Positions 46,598 to 53,257 of a stretch of DNA of 53,257 bases are shown one piece after another. Location: positions 1 through 53,257 of the forward strand of contig JAYZQJ010000001.1 of the NCBI GenBank assembly GCA_036149055.1, given 5' to 3'. Source of the DNA: Myxococcota bacterium (GTDB taxonomy: Bacteria; Myxococcota_A; Polyangia; Polyangiales; Sandaracinaceae). Both the position numbers and the translations under genes were made by a program. The notes beneath the pieces were generated by a model. The model did not search any database. It worked only from the letters and a program-made list of their open reading frames with translations, and was not told the DNA's origin. Every line of letters starts with the position of its first letter. Positions within the stretch are counted from its first letter, which is position 1.

Positions 46598-46809
46598 TTG
46601 GCTCTCGCAAAGGCGCGAAGCCGCCAAGAGCGATCGGGGCAGCGGGGTGGGGGCTGGCCGGCGGGTCGGCTCACTGCCCAGCTCCGCCTCTGCTCGCCCG
46701 CCTTCGATCGCGACAGCTGCCGACCCGTTCGGCGGCCGAGTCGCGGTGGCGTAGCTCCACCCCGTGGCCAGCGATGGACTTTGCGCCTTGGCGGCTTTGC
46801 GAGAGCCAA
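46598..46809. mobile_element. MITE/REPIN-like element with 31-bp imperfect terminal inverted repeats
   Basis: Left TTGGCTCTCGCAAAG-GCGCGAAG-CCGCCAAG; right arm reverse complement TTGGCTCTCGCAAAG-CCGCCAAG-GCGCAAAG; about 150-bp non-coding interior. Confidence 0.6.
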
Positions 46810-46828
46810 AAACCGAACGCGAGCGGGG

Positions 46829-47281
46829 TCACTCCTCGGGGGGAGGGGGCTCTTCGACCGGGTCGGGGGCCAGGAGGTGGAGCACGGCGAGCACGATGAG
46901 GATGAGGACGGCGAGGCCGATCGCGAGGAGGTAGCGGCCCATGCCGGCGGCGGTGCCGAGGGCGGCGGTGGCGAGGAGGGAGGCGGCGGTGGTCAGGCCG
47001 ATGACCTTGTCCCGGCTGATGAAGATGGTGCCGGCGCCGAGGAAGCCGATGCCGGCCACGATCGCCTCGATCGCGCGGATCGGGTCGAGCCGGGCGTGGC
47101 TGTCGTCGACCACGTCGGTGAGGATCAGCGCGATGCCGCTGAAGGCGGCCGCGCTGGCCGCCACGAGCAGGTGGGTGCGCAGCCCGGCCGGGCGGGCCCT
47201 CCGCTCTCGATCCCAGCCGACCGGCACCGCGAGCACGACCGCCAGCGCGGTGCGGAGGAGCAAGACGCCATCCGTTTCCAC
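46829..47281 (-). CDS. MgtC/SapB family membrane protein
   Basis: GWDRE....PAGLRTH.LV, DP.R....IVAGIGFLGAG.I, GLTTAA. Confidence 0.9.
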   Translation of the reverse strand: METDGVLLLRTALAVVLAVPVGWDRERRARPAGLRTHLLVAASAAAFSGIALILTDVVDDSHARLDPIRAIEAIVAGIGFLGAGTIFISRDKVIGLTTAASLLATAALGTAAGMGRYLLAIGLAVLILIVLAVLHLLAPDPVEEPPPPEE

Positions 47282-47345
47282 GCCACTGGAGCTAGCTCCG
47301 GCGCCGAAGCGGCCAAGTCGACGCTGGCATAGGCCCCCCGGATGC

Positions 47346-47374
47346 TTGACACTCTGCCGGCGCCTTCCTATTTG
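47346..47374 (+). promoter_or_regulatory. Possible sigma70 promoter of the hrcA operon
   Basis: TTGACA-N17-TATTTG; the -10 box is imperfect. Confidence 0.4.
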
Positions 47375-47396
47375 CGACGTCGGAGCACTCCACCGC

Positions 47397-48449
47397 GTGT
47401 CCCATCCCGTACGACCGGAGCTGACTTTTCGCGCTCGGAAGATCCTGTACGCGGTGATCACCGAGTACGTGGCCAGCGGAGAGCCGGTCGGGTCGCGGCG
47501 GCTCGCGAAGCGCTACGGCATCAACCTGTCGCCGGCGACGATCCGGAACGTGCTCGCCGACCTCACCGACGCCGGCTTCCTCGGCCAGCCGCACACCAGC
47601 GCGGGCCGGGTGCCGACCGAGCGCGGCTTCCGGGTGTTCGTCGACGCCCTGATCCAGATGCGCGAGGTCACGGCCGAGGACCGCGACGCGGTGATGCAGC
47701 GCATGCGCGACCTGCGGCCCGGGGTCGACGACCTCGTGAAGGAGGCGGGGCGGCTGCTCGCCACGATGGCTGGGGCCGCCGCGGTGGTCACCCGCCCGCG
47801 CACCGCCGGTCAGCCGCTCAGCCAGATCCGCTTCCTCTATCTCCGGCCGGGCGAGCTGCTCGCGCTGATCATCACCAAGGACGGCGCGATCCAGAACCGC
47901 GCCATCCCGGCCCCCGAGCTCAGCGACTCCGCGCTCGAGCGCCTCAACAACTACCTGGCCGAGAAGGTCGCCGGCAAGACGCTCTCCGAGGTCCGCGCCG
48001 CCCTCTCGACCGAGGTCGACGACGAGCGGGTGCTGCACGAGCAGGCCCAGCAGGTCCTCGAGGCGGCCACGACCGGGCAGGCCGAGGAGCGCGAGATCGT
48101 GATCGAGGGCCACACCGTCCTCTTCGACCGGCCGGAGTTCTCCGACTCCGAGAACATTCGCCGCTACCTCCGCACCTTCGAGGAGAAGGAGCGCCTGCTC
48201 GACCTGCTCGACTCGACCATCGCGGCCGGGGGCGTGCAGGTGCTCATCGGCTCGGAGACCGAGCTGGAGGAGGTGCCCGACATCTCGCTGATCAGCGCGA
48301 GCTATCAGCGGAGCGGGCGGACGGCGGGCACGGTCGGCATCATCGGCCCCACCCGGATGGACTACGGGAAGCTGGTGCCGCTGGTCGGCTTCACCGCCCA
48401 GGTCATGAGCGACGTGCTCGACGGAGTGCAGCGCGACGAAGAAGAGTAG
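47397..48449 (+). CDS. hrcA: Heat-inducible transcription repressor HrcA
   Basis: IL.AVI.EY..SGEPVGS, SPATIRN..ADL...G.L.QPHTSAGRVPT..G.R, GIIGPTRMDY. Confidence 0.96.
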   Translation: MSHPVRPELTFRARKILYAVITEYVASGEPVGSRRLAKRYGINLSPATIRNVLADLTDAGFLGQPHTSAGRVPTERGFRVFVDALIQMREVTAEDRDAVMQRMRDLRPGVDDLVKEAGRLLATMAGAAAVVTRPRTAGQPLSQIRFLYLRPGELLALIITKDGAIQNRAIPAPELSDSALERLNNYLAEKVAGKTLSEVRAALSTEVDDERVLHEQAQQVLEAATTGQAEEREIVIEGHTVLFDRPEFSDSENIRRYLRTFEEKERLLDLLDSTIAAGGVQVLIGSETELEEVPDISLISASYQRSGRTAGTVGIIGPTRMDYGKLVPLVGFTAQVMSDVLDGVQRDEEE

Positions 48450-48556
48450 CGACTCGGAATTACGGTGCTACTGGCTGGAATTCGCGAACCTTTCTGATCA
48501 AACTCCGGCGCGCTGGACTATGATGTCGGGCTGCCGGACCAGGGAGTGAGACGGTC

Positions 48557-49162
48557 GTGAGCGACGTGGATATCAAGAGCCCCGACGAAGACACGGAAGA
48601 GCCGGAGCCGAGCGCCAAGAAGGCGCCGGTCGCCACCTTGCCCGACGACGAAGAGGTCGGCGCGGAGGCGGAGCTGTCGCCGCTCGAGGCGGCCGAGGCC
48701 GAGAAGGCGAAGCTGAAGGATCAGCTCCTCCGGACCGCCGCCGACTTCGACAACTTCCGCAAGCGATCGCGCAAGGACGTCGAGCTCGCCGAGCGCAAGG
48801 GCAAGGAGTCCGTGCTCCGCGAGATCCTGCCCGTGATCGACAACCTCGAGCGCGCGGTCGCCGCGTCGTCGGAGGCGGTCGACGTGCAGGCGGTGCGGGA
48901 CGGCGTGAACATGGTGCTGAAGAGCTTCGAGGAGTCCGCCTCCCGGCTCGGCATCGAGCGCGTGCAGTCGGTCGGCGAGCGCTTCGACCCGAACCTGCAC
49001 GACGCCTTCCAGCAGATCGAGACCGACGAGCACCCGCCCGGGACCGTGGTCCAGGAGTATCAGCCGGGTTACAAGATGGGCGACAAGCTGCTCCGCCCCG
49101 CCATGGTCGTGGTGGCCCGCAAGCCGCCGGAGCCCAAGCCGGAGGAGGGCGACGCGTCCTGA
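48557..49162 (+). CDS. grpE: Nucleotide exchange factor GrpE
   Basis: [47 protein letters not shown]. Confidence 0.97.
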   Translation: MSDVDIKSPDEDTEEPEPSAKKAPVATLPDDEEVGAEAELSPLEAAEAEKAKLKDQLLRTAADFDNFRKRSRKDVELAERKGKESVLREILPVIDNLERAVAASSEAVDVQAVRDGVNMVLKSFEESASRLGIERVQSVGERFDPNLHDAFQQIETDEHPPGTVVQEYQPGYKMGDKLLRPAMVVVARKPPEPKPEEGDAS

Positions 49163-49181
49163 CCGACGCCGGCGCGCTGGC

Positions 49182-50999
<1,818 letters not shown>

Positions 51000-51035
51000 C
51001 TCCGTCCTTTGGCTCGGGGATCTGGAGGTTCCCTG

Positions 51036-51941
51036 ATGCGGCTCTTCACTCGTTCCTTCGCGCTGGCGATGCTCTGCGTCGCCTGGCTCACGTCCGTCCA
51101 GGACGCGCACGCCCAGGACGCGCCCGCGGCGGCGGTCCTCGAGACCCAGGTCGGCCAGGACGTCGAGTCCGGGACCGGCGGCGCCGTCGATCGGCTGATC
51201 CGCGCCGAGCTCGACGGGCTCGGCGTGGTGCGCACCTCGAGCGGCGTCGCGCTGGATCTCGGCGAGGTCCAGCTCGCGCTCGGCTGCGTGGGTGAGACCC
51301 CCGAGTGCCTCGGCCCGGTGGCCGACGAGCTCTCGGTGTCGCTGCTCCTGATCCCGCACCTCGACCAGAGCGGCGTCGAGCAGATGCTGACCATCGCGCT
51401 CTTCGATCGTCGCGACGGATCGATCCGCCGCGTCGTGCGGCGGGCGGAGAGCCGGCCCGAGCTCCTCGACGCCATCGAGGGTCAGCTCCGGGAGCTCTTC
51501 GGGCTGCCGGCGGCGATCGAGCCCGAGCCGGACCCGGATCCCGACCCGGATCCGGTCGTGACCCCGCCGCCTCCCGCCGGCCCGGACCTGGTCCCCGGCG
51601 TGACGCTCATGGTGGTCGGCGCGGTGGCCCTCGGGGTCGGCGGCGCGATGGGCGCCCTCCACCTCGACGCGCAGAGCGAGTTCGAGGCGGCGCGGCCGAC
51701 GACCATGGCCGAGGCCGACGCGGCGGCGGACGCGCTCTCCCGCTCGGAGACCTTCGCGATCACCGCCGACGTGCTCTTCGTCGCCGGCGGCGTGCTCCTG
51801 GCGGGCGGCGTTGCCTGGCTGCTGGCCGAGGTGCTCGGCGCCGACGGGGGACAGGCCGAGACGGAGACCGAGGGGGACACGGTTCGCCTCCGCCCGGGGC
51901 GCGGCGGCTACGCTCTTCAGCTGGAATGGGGTGCGCGATGA
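51036..51941 (+). CDS. Secreted/membrane hypothetical protein (myxobacterial type, precedes a Cys-rich lipoprotein)
   Basis: GGAGG RBS; signal peptide AHAQ; LGC....ECL motif; (DP)n linker; two Gly/Ala-rich hydrophobic segments. Confidence 0.75.
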   Translation: MRLFTRSFALAMLCVAWLTSVQDAHAQDAPAAAVLETQVGQDVESGTGGAVDRLIRAELDGLGVVRTSSGVALDLGEVQLALGCVGETPECLGPVADELSVSLLLIPHLDQSGVEQMLTIALFDRRDGSIRRVVRRAESRPELLDAIEGQLRELFGLPAAIEPEPDPDPDPDPVVTPPPPAGPDLVPGVTLMVVGAVALGVGGAMGALHLDAQSEFEAARPTTMAEADAAADALSRSETFAITADVLFVAGGVLLAGGVAWLLAEVLGADGGQAETETEGDTVRLRPGRGGYALQLEWGAR

Positions 51942-53128
51942 AGCGCCTGACGATCCTCTTCGCCCTGCTCGCGGGCTGCACCGCCGACCCCGGCGCCAAC
52001 CCGAGCTACGGCTGCGACACCGACGCCGACTGCGACGGCGGCGTCTGCTACCGCGGCTTCTGCGTCGCGAGCGAGATCGACGCCGGCGCCGGCCCGGCCT
52101 GCGACGAGGCCGCGCGCTGCTTCACCGGCGACCCCGGCCTCCGCGGCGTGGGCGCCTGCGTGGACGGCTGCCTCCAGGACGACGTCTGCGTCGGTGAAGG
52201 CGCTCCCTCGGAGGAGCTCTGCAACGGCGTGGACGACGACTGCGACGGCACCACCGACGAGAACTTCGACCTGCTGCAGGACGAGGCCAACTGCGGCGGC
52301 TGCGGCGACGTCTGCGGCGACGGGCTCACCTGCTGCTCGGGCAACTGCGTCGACCAGTCGGCCAACGGGCTGAACTGCGGCGGCTGCGGGATCAGCTGCG
52401 AGGAGGGCGAGGCCTGCTGCGGCGGCGCCTGCACCGACCTCGGCACCGGGACCGACTGCGCGGCCTGCGGAGACGCCTGCGGCGCCGGCCGGGAGTGCTG
52501 CGACGGCAGCTGCGTGAACACCCAGACCAACTCGATGTTCTGCGGCGCGTGCATGGACGCGAGCTGCGCGGCGGGCGAGGAGTGCTGCGGCGGCGGCTGC
52601 TTCGCCGAGACCGCGCCCGAGTGCACCGACTGCGACCCCGCGTGCGAGGGCAGCGACGTGTGCTGCTTCGGGAGCTGCGCCGACACCGACAGCGATCCGC
52701 TCAACTGCGGCGGCTGCGGCGTCGCCTGCGGCGCCTCGGAGCTCTGCTGCGGCGGCTCCTGCGTGCCGAGCGACGAGGCCAACTGCGGGAGCTGCGGCCG
52801 GAGCTGCGGCGGCACCGAGCTGTGCTGCGGCGACGCGTGCGTGGCCGAGACCAGCCTCAACTGCGGCGCGTGCGGCACGACCTGCGCGGCCGGCGAGCAG
52901 TGCTGCGGGAGCGGCTGCACGGACACCCGCACCGACGCGATGAACTGCGGCACGTGCGGCAACGTCTGCCGGGACTCCGAGGCGTGCAGCAACTCCAACT
53001 GCTGCCCGGCTGGTCAGAACTTCTGCGACGGGCGCTGCCGCGAGAGCAGCGGCTCGTACTGCGGCCCCGGATGCGAGCGCTGTGGTCTGTTGCAGGGCTG
53101 CAACGGCACCCGCTGCGTCGGCATCTAG
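51938..53128 (+). CDS. Highly Cys-rich lipoprotein with Stig1-like NCG.CG..C....CC repeats
   Basis: Lipobox LAGC; ELCNGVDDDCDG; about ten NCGxCGxxC..CC units; ATGA overlap. Confidence 0.85.
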   Translation: MKRLTILFALLAGCTADPGANPSYGCDTDADCDGGVCYRGFCVASEIDAGAGPACDEAARCFTGDPGLRGVGACVDGCLQDDVCVGEGAPSEELCNGVDDDCDGTTDENFDLLQDEANCGGCGDVCGDGLTCCSGNCVDQSANGLNCGGCGISCEEGEACCGGACTDLGTGTDCAACGDACGAGRECCDGSCVNTQTNSMFCGACMDASCAAGEECCGGGCFAETAPECTDCDPACEGSDVCCFGSCADTDSDPLNCGGCGVACGASELCCGGSCVPSDEANCGSCGRSCGGTELCCGDACVAETSLNCGACGTTCAAGEQCCGSGCTDTRTDAMNCGTCGNVCRDSEACSNSNCCPAGQNFCDGRCRESSGSYCGPGCERCGLLQGCNGTRCVGI

Positions 53129-53257
53129 TGCAGAGATCCGACCGGTAGAAGGGGAGATGGCGCCGGACCGGCGCTTCAGGGCAAGGCGCGACGACGAGTC
53201 GATGCCCCGCATCGGCGAGGAGGAGCAACGCCGCCCTGGAGCGTCGGGACAAGCCAG

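Noticed and set aside
47346..47400. CIRCE operator upstream of hrcA
   Set aside because: Only half-site-like strings (TTGACACTC, AGCACTC) are present, with no GAGTGCTAA arm at 9-bp spacing.
53157..53257. Possible gene start at the window end (MAPDRRFRARRDDESM...)
   Set aside because: Too short, truncated and weakly biased to support a call.

Overview
Very GC-rich (estimated by eye at >70%) bacterial chromosomal segment that looks myxobacterial (Myxococcota, probably Polyangiales/Sandaracinaceae-like; inferred from many Cys-rich lipoproteins, a stand-alone MshEN protein, an AgmX/PglI C-terminal protein and a GKAD lipoprotein motif). About 42 genes can be supported. Housekeeping genes include hslO, a LeuB-type dehydrogenase, a PP2C phosphatase, ggt, gshB, ftsB and hrcA-grpE-dnaK, mixed with many secreted or lipoprotein genes. 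I found no rRNA, tRNA, CRISPR-Cas or intact IS. Most notable: (1) a secreted Four-jointed/Fam20-like kinase paired divergently with a NAGPA-type phosphodiester glycosidase across back-to-back sigma54-like motifs, with an IgGFc-binding-domain lipoprotein downstream; (2) non-coding repeat families: a 5-copy ~107-bp tandem array with a diverged solo copy 24 kb away, a REP/BIME-like cluster and a MITE-like inverted-repeat element, plus the 3' end of a probable RAYT/IS200-like HUH transposase gene at the window start; (3) an apparently circularly permuted esterase lipoprotein; (4) a DUF829/TMEM53-like gene coupled to gshB; (5) a PGRP-type amidase with an unrecognised 8-Cys repeat; (6) a recurring leaderless-mRNA promoter layout. 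All family calls come from motif recognition by eye, not from database searches. Start codons were re-picked manually from the ORF track.
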